Part shown: positions 48,140 through 57,233 of the stretch, one piece after another
Layout: every line of letters starts with the position of its first letter
How positions within the stretch are numbered: the first letter of the stretch is position 1
Assembly (NCBI GenBank): GCA_963707215.1
Contig: CAVPPB010000001.1
Coordinates: forward strand, 544,001-608,000
Direction of reading: 5' to 3'
DNA: 64,000 nt
Origin: an uncultured Chloroflexia bacterium
Lineage (GTDB): Bacteria > Chloroflexota > Limnocylindria > Limnocylindrales > CSP1-4
The notes under the pieces: generated by a model
What the model was told of the DNA's origin: nothing
Database searches by the model: none
What the model saw: only the letters and a program-made list of their open reading frames with translations
Program-made: the position numbers and the translations under genes

Positions 48140-49093
48140 CTAGTCTAGCGCCCCCACCAGGGCCGCCAGTGAGGGCGCGATGGCATCGGGGCGAGTGCCA
48201 CTGCGCCTGCCGGCGAGGGCCGCGACCTCGTCTGCTCCGTGCTTGCCGGTGAGGACGAGGATGCCCCGCAGGCCGACCCGCTGGGCGGCCCCGACGTCGG
48301 CGACGAGGTCGTCGCCGACCATCGCCACGGAGGCCGCAGGAAGGCGTCGCAGACCCAGGTCGCCGGCGAGGGATCGGACAGCCTGGCGGAAGACGACCGG
48401 TGACGGTTTGCCGCAGAGGACGGCCCGCCGGCCGGTCGCGTACTCGAGCCCTGCGACGACGGCCCCCGAGTCGAGCGTCTCTCCTCGCCGAGTCTGCCAC
48501 CAGGGGTTCCGGTGCATGGCGACCAGCTCGGCGCCACGGCGGACAGCCCGGAACGCAACGTCGAGGTGCCCGAAGGGCAGGTCGTCGCCAGCGTCCCCGA
48601 TCACCACCGCGGCCACGCCTCCCTGGAGCTCATCGACGGCAGCGACGTCGATGAGCCGCTGGCCCGCGAACTCGCGGAGCGCATCGGCGGCGCCGATCAC
48701 CAGCAGGGATCGACCCGGGTGCCGGGTGGCCGTGTAGGCGGCCGCCGCCGAGGCGGCCGTGACGATGCGCTCGGGCGAGAGCTCGATGCCGTCCGACGAG
48801 AAGCGGGCGGCCAGGGTGTCTCGGTGGGCCGAGGAGAAGTTGGTGACGATCCGGTACGGGATCCGCAGGGCTTCGAGCCGGCCGATGGCCGCCATCGAGC
48901 CCGGGATCGGAGCGCCGACCCGGACCAGGACCCCATCGGCGTCGAGCACGAGAGCGCGGACGCCGTCGAGCGCCCGCCGGATCGTCGCCGGGTCGTCGGC
49001 CACGAGAAGGCGCTCCTGGGGCAGCTTCGGGCCGAGCGCCGCGAGCCCACCGGCCGAGCGCCGCGAGCCCGCGGTCGCCTCGAGGTCATCCAT
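48140..49093 (-). CDS. HAD-IIA family hydrolase
   Basis: [20 protein letters not shown]...DV, LTGK. Confidence 0.85.
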   Translation of the reverse strand: MDDLEATAGSRRSAGGLAALGPKLPQERLLVADDPATIRRALDGVRALVLDADGVLVRVGAPIPGSMAAIGRLEALRIPYRIVTNFSSAHRDTLAARFSSDGIELSPERIVTAASAAAAYTATRHPGRSLLVIGAADALREFAGQRLIDVAAVDELQGGVAAVVIGDAGDDLPFGHLDVAFRAVRRGAELVAMHRNPWWQTRRGETLDSGAVVAGLEYATGRRAVLCGKPSPVVFRQAVRSLAGDLGLRRLPAASVAMVGDDLVADVGAAQRVGLRGILVLTGKHGADEVAALAGRRSGTRPDAIAPSLAALVGALD

Positions 49094-49161
49094 CGAGCGG
49101 GATGGTACCGTGCGGTGACCCGCGCCCGGAGGGGTCGGCGCGCGGCGAGGGAGGCCGACGG

Positions 49162-49953
49162 ATGGGACTGCTCGACGGGAAGAGGGCGCTGATCTTCGGC
49201 GTGGCCAACGACCACTCGATCGCCTGGGGCATCGCCCGGGCGCTCCACGCCCATGGAGCGGTCGTCGGGTTCTCCTCGATCGAGTCGCTCATCGAGAAGC
49301 GGGTCCGGCCGCTCGCGGAGCAGCTCGGGTCGACCTTCGTGGAGCCGTGCGACGTCCGCTCGGACGAGGAGATCCGGTCGGTCCTCGAGCTCTGGGGCCA
49401 GCGCCACGGCGAGCTCGACATCGTGGTCCACGCGCTCGCCTTCGCCAAGCGGGAGGATCTCGCCGGCCAGTTCGTCGACACTTCGCGGGACGGCTTCGCC
49501 CTCGCCCTCGACGTCAGCGCCTACTCGCTCGTCGCCCTGGCACGCGAGGCCCGCCCGTTGCTCCGCTCGGGTGGCTCGATCATGACCCTGACCTACTACG
49601 GGGCCGAGAAGGTCACGGCCAACTACAACGTGATGGGCGTTGCCAAGGCGGCCCTCGAGGCATCGGTGCGCTACCTCGCAGCCGACCTCGGCCCCGAGGG
49701 GATCCGGGTCAACGCGATCAGCGCCGGCCCCGTGCGGACCCTAGCGGCGGCCGGCGTGGCCGGCTTCAAGCGCATGTACGGCGCCTTCGCCGAGGTCGCC
49801 CCGATGCGCTCGAACATCTCGATCGACGACGTCGGGGGCACGGCCGTCTGGCTGGCGTCCGACCTCTCGCGGCAGGTGACCGGCGAGATCATCCACGTGG
49901 ATGGCGGCTTCAACATCCTCGGCGTCCCGACCGTCGAGGCCGCCGGCTCCTGA
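49162..49953 (+). CDS. fabI: Enoyl-ACP reductase FabI
   Basis: [45 protein letters not shown]. Confidence 0.95.
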   Translation: MGLLDGKRALIFGVANDHSIAWGIARALHAHGAVVGFSSIESLIEKRVRPLAEQLGSTFVEPCDVRSDEEIRSVLELWGQRHGELDIVVHALAFAKREDLAGQFVDTSRDGFALALDVSAYSLVALAREARPLLRSGGSIMTLTYYGAEKVTANYNVMGVAKAALEASVRYLAADLGPEGIRVNAISAGPVRTLAAAGVAGFKRMYGAFAEVAPMRSNISIDDVGGTAVWLASDLSRQVTGEIIHVDGGFNILGVPTVEAAGS

Positions 49954-49955
49954 CG

Positions 49956-50402
49956 GTGGGCTTCCTCCGCCGGCTGCTCGGTCCGCGAGAGCCCGCCGAC
50001 GCGGACGAAGGCGGGGCCGCGAAGGGGGATCCCCGCCTCGAGGACGACCCTGCCAGGGCCCGGGAGCTGACCCGTGGTTTCGACGCCGGCCTGGACGATC
50101 TCGCCCAGCGGCAGCTGCGCTACGCCGACCTGGCCTGGCGGCCGCCGTCCCAGCTGCGGCGCGAGGGCGACTGGATCCTCATGGAGCGCTGGGAGGCCCG
50201 TCGCGAGGACGGCCGCACCGTCACCCTGAAGTCAGGAGAGCGCCTCACCTACGTCGGCGACGGCCTGGGCTGGCCGGGGTCGGTGCGGTTCTCGACCGCG
50301 AAGGGCGTCCTCGTCGACCTTCCTCCGGGTCATGGCCAGGACGGCTGGCCCGACGACCTCCAGAGGCCGCGGTCGCCGACAGCCGGGTCCGCGGACGACT
50401 GA
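49956..50402 (+). CDS. Hypothetical protein
   Basis: GTG 2 nt after the fabI stop; plausible composition (GFLRRLLG...LAQRQLRYADLAW). Confidence 0.6.
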   Translation: MGFLRRLLGPREPADADEGGAAKGDPRLEDDPARARELTRGFDAGLDDLAQRQLRYADLAWRPPSQLRREGDWILMERWEARREDGRTVTLKSGERLTYVGDGLGWPGSVRFSTAKGVLVDLPPGHGQDGWPDDLQRPRSPTAGSADD

Positions 50403-50429
50403 GGCGGCCCCCTTGCCGGCGCGGGACGG

Positions 50430-50939
50430 CTACCAGCCCAGGGTGCCCGGCCCGCCCTTGAACGGACCGCTGACGCGCGAGGTGATCCAGCCTCCGTAGA
50501 AGTCGCCAGCCTGGGCCTGGACGCGCTCGTCGCCGACCCAGGCCTCGTCCACCCGGCCGGCGTAGAAGGCCCAGGCACCCCGGATGGCCTCGAAGCCCGG
50601 GGCCGGGTCACGGTAGCCCCAGGCGGCGCCCTCCACGACGCGTCGGCCGACGATGAGGTCAGCGTAGGTTGCCCGCCCCTTGAACTCGCAGACCGTGGTC
50701 CGAGCCGACGGGCGGAGGAGGTCGGCCCGGACGTCCTCGGCCGGGATGTAGTAGGTCGGCGGGTGGCTCGTCTCGAGGACCCTATGGCCGCGGACCGTGT
50801 CGGCGACGACGATGCCGTCGACGATGACCCGCAGCCGCTCCCGGACGGGCTCGACCACGGGTGGCCTGGGATAGTCCCAGACCGACTCCGCCTCCGGACG
50901 CCGCGGTCCGTCGACGGTGGGCTCGGAGTTCCGCTTCAC
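50430..50939 (-). CDS. DUF427 family protein
   Basis: ESVWDYPRPP, LETSHPPTYY, CEFKGRA, FYGGWIT, GPFKGGPGT.GW. Confidence 0.88.
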   Translation of the reverse strand: MKRNSEPTVDGPRRPEAESVWDYPRPPVVEPVRERLRVIVDGIVVADTVRGHRVLETSHPPTYYIPAEDVRADLLRPSARTTVCEFKGRATYADLIVGRRVVEGAAWGYRDPAPGFEAIRGAWAFYAGRVDEAWVGDERVQAQAGDFYGGWITSRVSGPFKGGPGTLGW

Positions 50940-50961
50940 GTCCTTCGTACGTACGAGCGGC

Positions 50962-51513
50962 TCAGGCGGATGGGTCGCCGCCCGGTCCGCCCGGCCCGCC
51001 CGCATCGCCAGGACCCGCGCAGGTCCTGCACCGCCCGACCACCGAGAGGTGCGAGAGGTCGATCGAGAAGCCCCGACTCGCCCTGAGCGTCTCGACGAGC
51101 GCTCGACCCTCTGCCCCGTCGATCTCCCACGTGGCCCCGCAGTCGCGGCAGGTGATGTGCCCGTGCACGCGGCCCGGCAATACGTGGAACTCCTCGCGTC
51201 CATCGGCGCCGTGGCTGTGCCGGATCAGCCCGAGCTCTTCGAGGACGTCGAGGGTCCGATAGACGGTCGATGGGATCGTCGCCGGATCGAGCTCGCGGCA
51301 ACGCTCCACGAGCTCGGCACCGGTCACGTGGCCGTCGGCGGTGGAGAGCACCTCGACGAGGGTCCGGCGCTGGGGCGTCCAGCGAAGCCCCCGGTCGTGC
51401 AGACGCTGGCGGACCGTCGCCCACTCCGACCGGCCGGACGTCGGCGCCCGGGGACCTGTCGCCGGGGCCGACGAGGCACTGGCGCCGGAGGTCCTGGATC
51501 CGTCCACTCGCAT
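50962..51513 (-). CDS. Fur-family regulator, Nur (nickel uptake regulator)-like
   Basis: TPQRR, STVYRTL, LEELGLIRHSH, HGHITCRDC, HLSVVGRCRTC; divergent from the Ni/Co ECF operon. Confidence 0.85.
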   Translation of the reverse strand: MRVDGSRTSGASASSAPATGPRAPTSGRSEWATVRQRLHDRGLRWTPQRRTLVEVLSTADGHVTGAELVERCRELDPATIPSTVYRTLDVLEELGLIRHSHGADGREEFHVLPGRVHGHITCRDCGATWEIDGAEGRALVETLRASRGFSIDLSHLSVVGRCRTCAGPGDAGGPGGPGGDPSA

Positions 51514-51553
51514 CAGGCGAACAGGATAGCGCGGGAGATGCACGCTGTCGCTA

Positions 51554-51591
51554 ATGCAACACGTTGCATCAATGGTCGCCCGGGACTAGAA
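51554..51591 (+). promoter_or_regulatory. Palindromic operator over the -35 of the ECF operon promoter
   Basis: ATGCAAC-AC-GTTGCAT (51554-51569); TAGAAT at 51586-51591. Confidence 0.6.
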
Positions 51592-51617
51592 TCCGAGCGC
51601 CTTCCTGGAGGGACCGA

Positions 51618-52349
51618 ATGCCGTTCACCGCGATCCTCGACCGACCGATCATCGAAGCGGTCGCGCCCGGGCTCCACACGCCGGACGGCTTCCTGACCGT
51701 GCCGGTCGCGCTGGTCATGTGGGTGGTCGCCGTGACGGCCCTGGCGATCTCGGTCCAGCGGACCAACCGGACCCTCGACGAGCGGCAGATCCCGCTGATG
51801 GGGGTGATGGCGGCGTTCATCTTCGCCGCCCAGATGGTCAACTTCCCGGTCGCCGGCGGCACCTCCGGGCATCTCCTGGGCGGAGTCCTCGCAGCGGTCC
51901 TGCTCGGGCCGTGGGCCGGGACCCTGGTGATGGCCTGCGTCATCGCCGTCCAGGCGCTCGTCTTCCAGGACGGCGGCCTGGTCGTGCTGGGGGCCAACAT
52001 CGTGAACATGGGCGTCATCGGCACGATGGGCGGCTATGTCGTCTACCGCTCTCTGGCGCGCATCCTCGGCGGCGAGTCCCGGGGGCGGATCCCGGCCGCG
52101 GGAGTGGCCGCCTGGCTCTCGGTCGTGGGAGCGGCGGTCGCCATCTCGATCGAGCTGGCCGTCTCGGGTACGACCGCGATCGAGGTCAGCCTGCCGATCA
52201 TGATGGGCGTCCATGCCGTCATCGGGATCGGGGAAGCGCTCATCACGATGGCGGCGCTGGCCTTCATCCGGGCGACCCGTCCCGACCTGCTCGACCTCCG
52301 CGTCGCATCCGAGGCCCGGGCGCTGCGCGCCCGCGGTGGTCTGACGTGA
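51618..52349 (+). CDS. cbiM: Ni/Co ECF transporter substrate-binding subunit CbiM/NikM
   Basis: HTPDGFL, AFIFAAQM.NFP, GTSGHLLGG, QALVFQDGG, GANIVNM, HAVIGIGEALIT. Confidence 0.9.
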   Translation: MPFTAILDRPIIEAVAPGLHTPDGFLTVPVALVMWVVAVTALAISVQRTNRTLDERQIPLMGVMAAFIFAAQMVNFPVAGGTSGHLLGGVLAAVLLGPWAGTLVMACVIAVQALVFQDGGLVVLGANIVNMGVIGTMGGYVVYRSLARILGGESRGRIPAAGVAAWLSVVGAAVAISIELAVSGTTAIEVSLPIMMGVHAVIGIGEALITMAALAFIRATRPDLLDLRVASEARALRARGGLT

Positions 52350-52696
52350 GCGAGGAGGGTCGGCCACCACGGGCAGGACCGACGGACGGCTCGGCCCACG
52401 AGCCCCGAGGCTGGCGGACCCGCCGGTGGTGGATCGTCGGCCTCGTCATCGCGGCCCTGGTGGTCGTGGTGCTGGCGCCGCTCGCCTCCTCCGACCCCGA
52501 CGGGCTCGAGCGGGTCGCCGAAGACCAAGGCTGGATCGAGTCTGCCCTGGATCCGCTGTACTCCATCGTCCCCGACTACACCGTCCCGGGGCTCGGGGGG
52601 AACCTGTCGACGATCGTCGCGGGCCTGCTCGGGGTCGGCCTCGTCTTCGCGCTGATGATCGGCCTCGGGTGGCTGCTCCGGCGCCGTCGCACCTAG
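52346..52696 (+). CDS. PDGLE-domain protein (NikN/CbiN-like)
   Basis: ASSDPDGLERVA, PDY, two TM segments. Confidence 0.88.
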   Translation: MSEEGRPPRAGPTDGSAHEPRGWRTRRWWIVGLVIAALVVVVLAPLASSDPDGLERVAEDQGWIESALDPLYSIVPDYTVPGLGGNLSTIVAGLLGVGLVFALMIGLGWLLRRRRT

Positions 52697-52705
52697 GGGG
52701 CCCAG

Positions 52706-53503
52706 CTGGACCTCGATCGCTACGTCGCCGGCGACAGCCCGATCCATCGAGCCGACGCGCGCCTGAAGTTCCTGCTGGCGGTCGGCTTCATCGTCGCAGT
52801 CGCGCTGCTCCCGTCGGGTGCCTTCGTCGCCATCGGGCTGGCCTGGGTCGCCATCGTCGTGGTCTCCGTCGCAGCGGGCCTCGGGCCGCTGCGGACGTCC
52901 CGGGCCGGGCTCGTCGCAGTGCCCTTCGCCCTGGCCGCCCTGCCGCTCGTCGCGACCCGGCCCGGCGAGCCCATCACCGCCTTCGACCTCGGCCCGCTCG
53001 CGGTGACCATCACCGACGCCGGGGTCCGCGATTTCCTGACGATCCTGCTCAAGAGCTGGGTCAGCGTCCAGGCCGCCCTGCTGCTCGCCTTCACGACCCC
53101 GTTCCACGATCTCGTGGACGCCCTCCGTGAATTGCGGGTGCCGCGGATCATGATCGCCATCATCGGCTTCATGTACCGCTACCTGGCCGTCATGACCGAC
53201 GAGGCCAGCCGGATGATGCAGGCTCGGGCCGCCCGGTCGGCAGTCCCTCGCGGGGGCGGCGGCGGAGGGACGGTGGCGTGGCGGGCCAGTGTCACCGGGC
53301 GGATGGTCGGGTCCCTTTTCCTGCGCTCCTACGAGCGGAGCGAGCGGGTCTTCGCGGCCATGCAGGCCCGCGGCTTCGACGGCGAGTTCCGCTACCTGGA
53401 GGGACCGGCCCTTCGACGTCGCGAGGTCGCCGTCTTCGCGCTCGCTGCCGGGGCAATCGTCGTCTACGTCGTCGCGGCCCAGCTCTGGCTCCCCCGGGCG
53501 TGA
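52706..53503 (+). CDS. cbiQ: ECF transmembrane component CbiQ/NikQ (no canonical start; CTG proposed)
   Basis: DSPIHRADARLK lies upstream of the first GTG (52859); YRYL, ARAAR, FLRSYERSERVFAAMQARG. Confidence 0.85.
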   Translation: MDLDRYVAGDSPIHRADARLKFLLAVGFIVAVALLPSGAFVAIGLAWVAIVVVSVAAGLGPLRTSRAGLVAVPFALAALPLVATRPGEPITAFDLGPLAVTITDAGVRDFLTILLKSWVSVQAALLLAFTTPFHDLVDALRELRVPRIMIAIIGFMYRYLAVMTDEASRMMQARAARSAVPRGGGGGGTVAWRASVTGRMVGSLFLRSYERSERVFAAMQARGFDGEFRYLEGPALRRREVAVFALAAGAIVVYVVAAQLWLPRA

Positions 53504-54345
53504 GCGGATCGACGCCCGGCCCGGCCGAGCACAGTCACGTCCACGAGCACGCGGGTCTGCCCCCGCACGAGCACCTCCACGAGCACCCCGAGGCTGGATC
53601 CGCGGCCGCGCCGACACGGATCGACGATGACCCCAGCCGCTGGGTCGAGGTCCACCACCTGCACTTCCGCTACCCGGACGGCTTCGAGGCGCTCCGGGGC
53701 ATCGACCTGACCATCGGCCGGGGCGAGCGGGTCGCCCTGGTCGGCCCGAACGGGGCGGGCAAGAGCACCCTGATGCTCCACATCAACGGCATCCTCGAGC
53801 CGAGCCACGGATCGGTCGCCGTCGCCGGCACGGTCGTCGACCGGTCGACGGTGAAACGGATCCGGGCCGAGGTCGGGCTCGTCTTCCAGGATCCCGACGA
53901 TCAACTCTTCAGCCCGACCGTGTTCGAGGACGTCGCCTTCGGGCCCATCCACATGGGGGCGCCTCGGGACGAGATCCACGACCGCGTCGAGCGAGCCCTG
54001 GCCTCCGTCGGCATGAGTGGCTTCGAGCAGCGAGTCCCCCATCGGATGTCGCTGGGCCAGCGGAAGAGGGTCGCCCTGGCCACGGTCCTGTCGATGGACC
54101 CGAGCGTGCTGGTGTTCGACGAGCCGTCGGCCGGGTTGGATCCGCGCGGCCGGCGGGAGCTCATCCGCCTGCTGGGGTCCCTGCCCCAGGCCCAGCTGGT
54201 GTCGACCCACGACATGCGGCTGGTCGCCGAGCTGTTCCCGCGGGTCGTCGTCATGGACGATGGGGTCATCGTGGCCGACGGCCCCACCGAAGCGATCCTC
54301 TCGGACGACGTGCTGCTCGAGGCCCATGGCCTGGAGCGTCCCTAG
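53500..54345 (+). CDS. cbiO: ECF ATPase CbiO/NikO with His-rich N-terminus
   Basis: GPNGAGKST, FQDPDDQLF, MSLGQRKR, DEPSAGLDP; HSHVHEH...HEHLHEH leader. Confidence 0.9.
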   Translation: MSGSTPGPAEHSHVHEHAGLPPHEHLHEHPEAGSAAAPTRIDDDPSRWVEVHHLHFRYPDGFEALRGIDLTIGRGERVALVGPNGAGKSTLMLHINGILEPSHGSVAVAGTVVDRSTVKRIRAEVGLVFQDPDDQLFSPTVFEDVAFGPIHMGAPRDEIHDRVERALASVGMSGFEQRVPHRMSLGQRKRVALATVLSMDPSVLVFDEPSAGLDPRGRRELIRLLGSLPQAQLVSTHDMRLVAELFPRVVVMDDGVIVADGPTEAILSDDVLLEAHGLERP

Positions 54346-54545
54346 GGGCGCCGACCCGTCCGTCGCGTCGCCCGACTACGCACCGTTCGGGTCGGCGGAG
54401 CATGGACCCGGCCTCGCAGGATCTGGCACGGGCGGCTTCACCGGGAGGCATCCGCCGCCTCGTCACGCATCGGCCGTACGCACGACATGCATGCCAAGCG
54501 GGGCCGAGGTCGTCGGGACGCTGCCGGTCGCGACGGTCGACGAGC

Positions 54546-55280
54546 TCAGTCGCCGGCCTGGAGCTCCAGCCTCGAGAGTCGCCAGACGCAGATCGCGAAC
54601 GAGATCGCGACCACCGCGCCGAGCCCGACCACCGCGATGACCGGGTCGAGACGGAGCTCGGTGTCGAGCGGACCTCCGGGGTCCAGCGCGGCGGCCACGG
54701 CCAGCGTGTACTCGCGGATGCTGAGCGCCCTGGAGCCCTCGAAGAGGCCGGCCAGGAGGCCCTCCCAGACGATGACGTAGGCGAGGCCGGCGATGAGGGC
54801 ACGGGTCGTCAGGACCCCGAGGGCGACGAACAGGAACGTGTACGCCACGGCCCCGACCGAGACGCCGGCGGTGAGGGCCATGACGGTCGTCAGGGCCCCG
54901 CGATCGCCACCGATGGCCAGGCCCGCGATGAGCGTCGAGCCGGCCACGAGGATGACGACGGGCGGCGTCGTGGCGAGGAGCTTGCCGACGGCGATGCGCC
55001 AGCGGGGCACCGGCTTGGTGAGCAGGTGGATGATCGTGCCATCCTCGACCTCGGCCCCGATGGCCGCGGTGCCCAGGACGAGCGCCACGAGCGGCAGGAC
55101 CGCCCGGACGACGAGCTGCTCGATGGCGTTGGCAGTCCGCTCCACGCCCTCGCCGGGCAGCCCGCGCCAGCGGGCCAGCAACCCGATCAGGATAGGGATC
55201 GCGACGAGCAGGAGCAGGAACAGGACCCGCCGCCGCGCGAAGAGGGCCCGCAGGGTCGCGACGGTGATGACTCGGATCAC
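54546..55280 (-). CDS. ABC-2 type permease
   Basis: About 6 TM segments, EVEDGTIIHLLTKPVPRW. Confidence 0.85.
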   Translation of the reverse strand: MIRVITVATLRALFARRRVLFLLLLVAIPILIGLLARWRGLPGEGVERTANAIEQLVVRAVLPLVALVLGTAAIGAEVEDGTIIHLLTKPVPRWRIAVGKLLATTPPVVILVAGSTLIAGLAIGGDRGALTTVMALTAGVSVGAVAYTFLFVALGVLTTRALIAGLAYVIVWEGLLAGLFEGSRALSIREYTLAVAAALDPGGPLDTELRLDPVIAVVGLGAVVAISFAICVWRLSRLELQAGD

Positions 55281-55296
55281 CGGTGCCCTCGTCGCG

Positions 55297-56319
55297 TCAT
55301 CGGCGCACCAGATAGGCGAAGACGCTCTCCAGCGACTCGTCGGTGGGACGGACCTCGAGGAGCGTGACGGCGCCGGCCCGGGCCAGCACAGGGAGGCGCC
55401 GGGCGAAGGCCGGGAAGTCGGCGGTCCGGACGATGAGCCGCTCGTCCCGAAGGTCGGCCGCGAACACCGAGGGCTCGGCGATCAGGGCGGCCGCCAACCG
55501 GCGGTCGTCGGACGAGCGGATCGTGAACTCGTGGGGCCGGTCGGTCATGAGGCGCCGGATCTCCCGGAAGTCCCCACTGGCCGCCAGCCGTCCCGCGTAC
55601 AGGACCAGCACCTGGTGGGCCAGCCGCTCGACCTCCTCGAGGATGTGCGAGGAGAAGAGGATGGTCCGGCCCTCGGCGGCCATCTGGCGCAGCAGGTCCA
55701 TCATGTGCAGCCGCTGACGCGGATCCATCCCGTTGAACGGCTCGTCCAGCAAGAGGACCGCTGGGTCGTGCACGAGCGCGGCGGCCAGCTTCGCCCGCTG
55801 GCGCATGCCCTTCGAGTACGTCCCAAGGGTCCGGTCGGCGGGGTCGAGGAGGTCGACGATCCCGAGGGCCCGATCCGTAGCGGCACCCGGATCGGCGAGG
55901 CCCTGGAGGGCGGCGGCATCGAGCACGAAGCGACGGCCGGTCAGGTGGGAGGGCACGGCCTCGCGCTCGGGCACCAGGCCGACCTGGCGGTAGACGCCCG
56001 GGTCGCGCCAGGTGGGCCGGCCCAGGACGGAGACGGAGCCGGCCGAGGGCCGCAACAGCCCGGCCAGCATGCCGAGCAGGGTGCTCTTCCCGGCGCCGTT
56101 GGGGCCCAGCAGCCCCGTGATGCCGGCGCCCACGCCGAAGCTCACGTCGTTGACGGCGACGACGTTGCCGTACCAGCGCGATGCGTGCTCGACGCGGATC
56201 GGCGCATCGGGAGGCACCTCGAAGACGGCGCTCTGGGGCGCGGCCAGGAGCGGCGGCGCCGGGGCGACGACACCGTCGGGGGCGACCCAACCTTCGACGG
56301 GACCACGCGGCACGGTCAC
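55297..56319 (-). CDS. ABC transporter ATP-binding protein
   Basis: GPNGAGKST, YSKGMRQR, LLLDEP, SSHIL. Confidence 0.9.
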   Translation of the reverse strand: MTVPRGPVEGWVAPDGVVAPAPPLLAAPQSAVFEVPPDAPIRVEHASRWYGNVVAVNDVSFGVGAGITGLLGPNGAGKSTLLGMLAGLLRPSAGSVSVLGRPTWRDPGVYRQVGLVPEREAVPSHLTGRRFVLDAAALQGLADPGAATDRALGIVDLLDPADRTLGTYSKGMRQRAKLAAALVHDPAVLLLDEPFNGMDPRQRLHMMDLLRQMAAEGRTILFSSHILEEVERLAHQVLVLYAGRLAASGDFREIRRLMTDRPHEFTIRSSDDRRLAAALIAEPSVFAADLRDERLIVRTADFPAFARRLPVLARAGAVTLLEVRPTDESLESVFAYLVRR

Positions 56320-57233
56320 GGCTGGATGGTCCGGTAGCGCCACAGCAGCGCGCCGATCGCGAGGACCGACCAGGCCACCGCAGCCAGCGGCCAGACGACG
56401 TTCGACAGGGACCGGCCGGCGCTCGTCCGGGTCAGGTCGAAGAAGAACTCGTTGGTCCCCTCGAGGATGTCCGGTGGGCTGAACAGCGTGAGCCAGCCGG
56501 CCGTCGACTCACCGACCAGGGCAACCGCGACCGCGCTGACGAGCGGCGGGACGATGAGCAGGGCGATGATCCCCGCCGTGGCGAAGGCCCGGCGGGGCGT
56601 GTAGGCGGCGATCGCCAGGCCCAGTGAGCCCAGGAACACCCCGGCCAGGGCGGCCTGACCGATCACGGCCGGGACCTGCTCGGCATCGGCCACGATGGCC
56701 GCGACGACGTCGGCCGGGACGAGCGCGCGACCGACGAGGATGACCGCCTGGGGCACCAGGAGCAGGAGCAGGAGGGCCGCGACCAGGGCGACGAGCTTGC
56801 CGCCCGCGTAGTCCTCGCGGTGGAGGGCGCGGGCGAAGAGGAGGGCGAGCACCCGGTGCCGCTGGTCGCCACCGACGAGCTCGGGCGCCTGGGCGGCGAC
56901 GAAGAGGGCCACGAGGGGCCAGACGTACTCGAAATACGACGAGAAGCCGACGATCGCCTCATCGTCGAAGGCGCCCCCGGCCTGGCCCAGCTGGGACACC
57001 AGGGCGGAGACCCCGACCGCAACGACCGCAGGGATCATCGCCAGGGCGAAGAGGCCGAACGGGACGATCTTGGCCCGGCCGGACCGGCCGATGCCCCAGC
57101 AGGCCCGGAAGGCGTCACGGATGAGCGTCGCGACCGCGTGCCTCCGCCCCAGGCGGGGTCCGTCGTAGCCCCGATAGCCCAGGTCGTAGATGCTGCCGGC
57201 GGCGCCCGGCCGGCGGGAAGCCGGGGCGGTCAT
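56316..57233 (-). CDS. ABC-2 type permease
   Basis: IYDLGYRGYDGPRLG N-terminus, multiple TM segments. Confidence 0.82.
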   Translation of the reverse strand: MTAPASRRPGAAGSIYDLGYRGYDGPRLGRRHAVATLIRDAFRACWGIGRSGRAKIVPFGLFALAMIPAVVAVGVSALVSQLGQAGGAFDDEAIVGFSSYFEYVWPLVALFVAAQAPELVGGDQRHRVLALLFARALHREDYAGGKLVALVAALLLLLLVPQAVILVGRALVPADVVAAIVADAEQVPAVIGQAALAGVFLGSLGLAIAAYTPRRAFATAGIIALLIVPPLVSAVAVALVGESTAGWLTLFSPPDILEGTNEFFFDLTRTSAGRSLSNVVWPLAAVAWSVLAIGALLWRYRTIQP

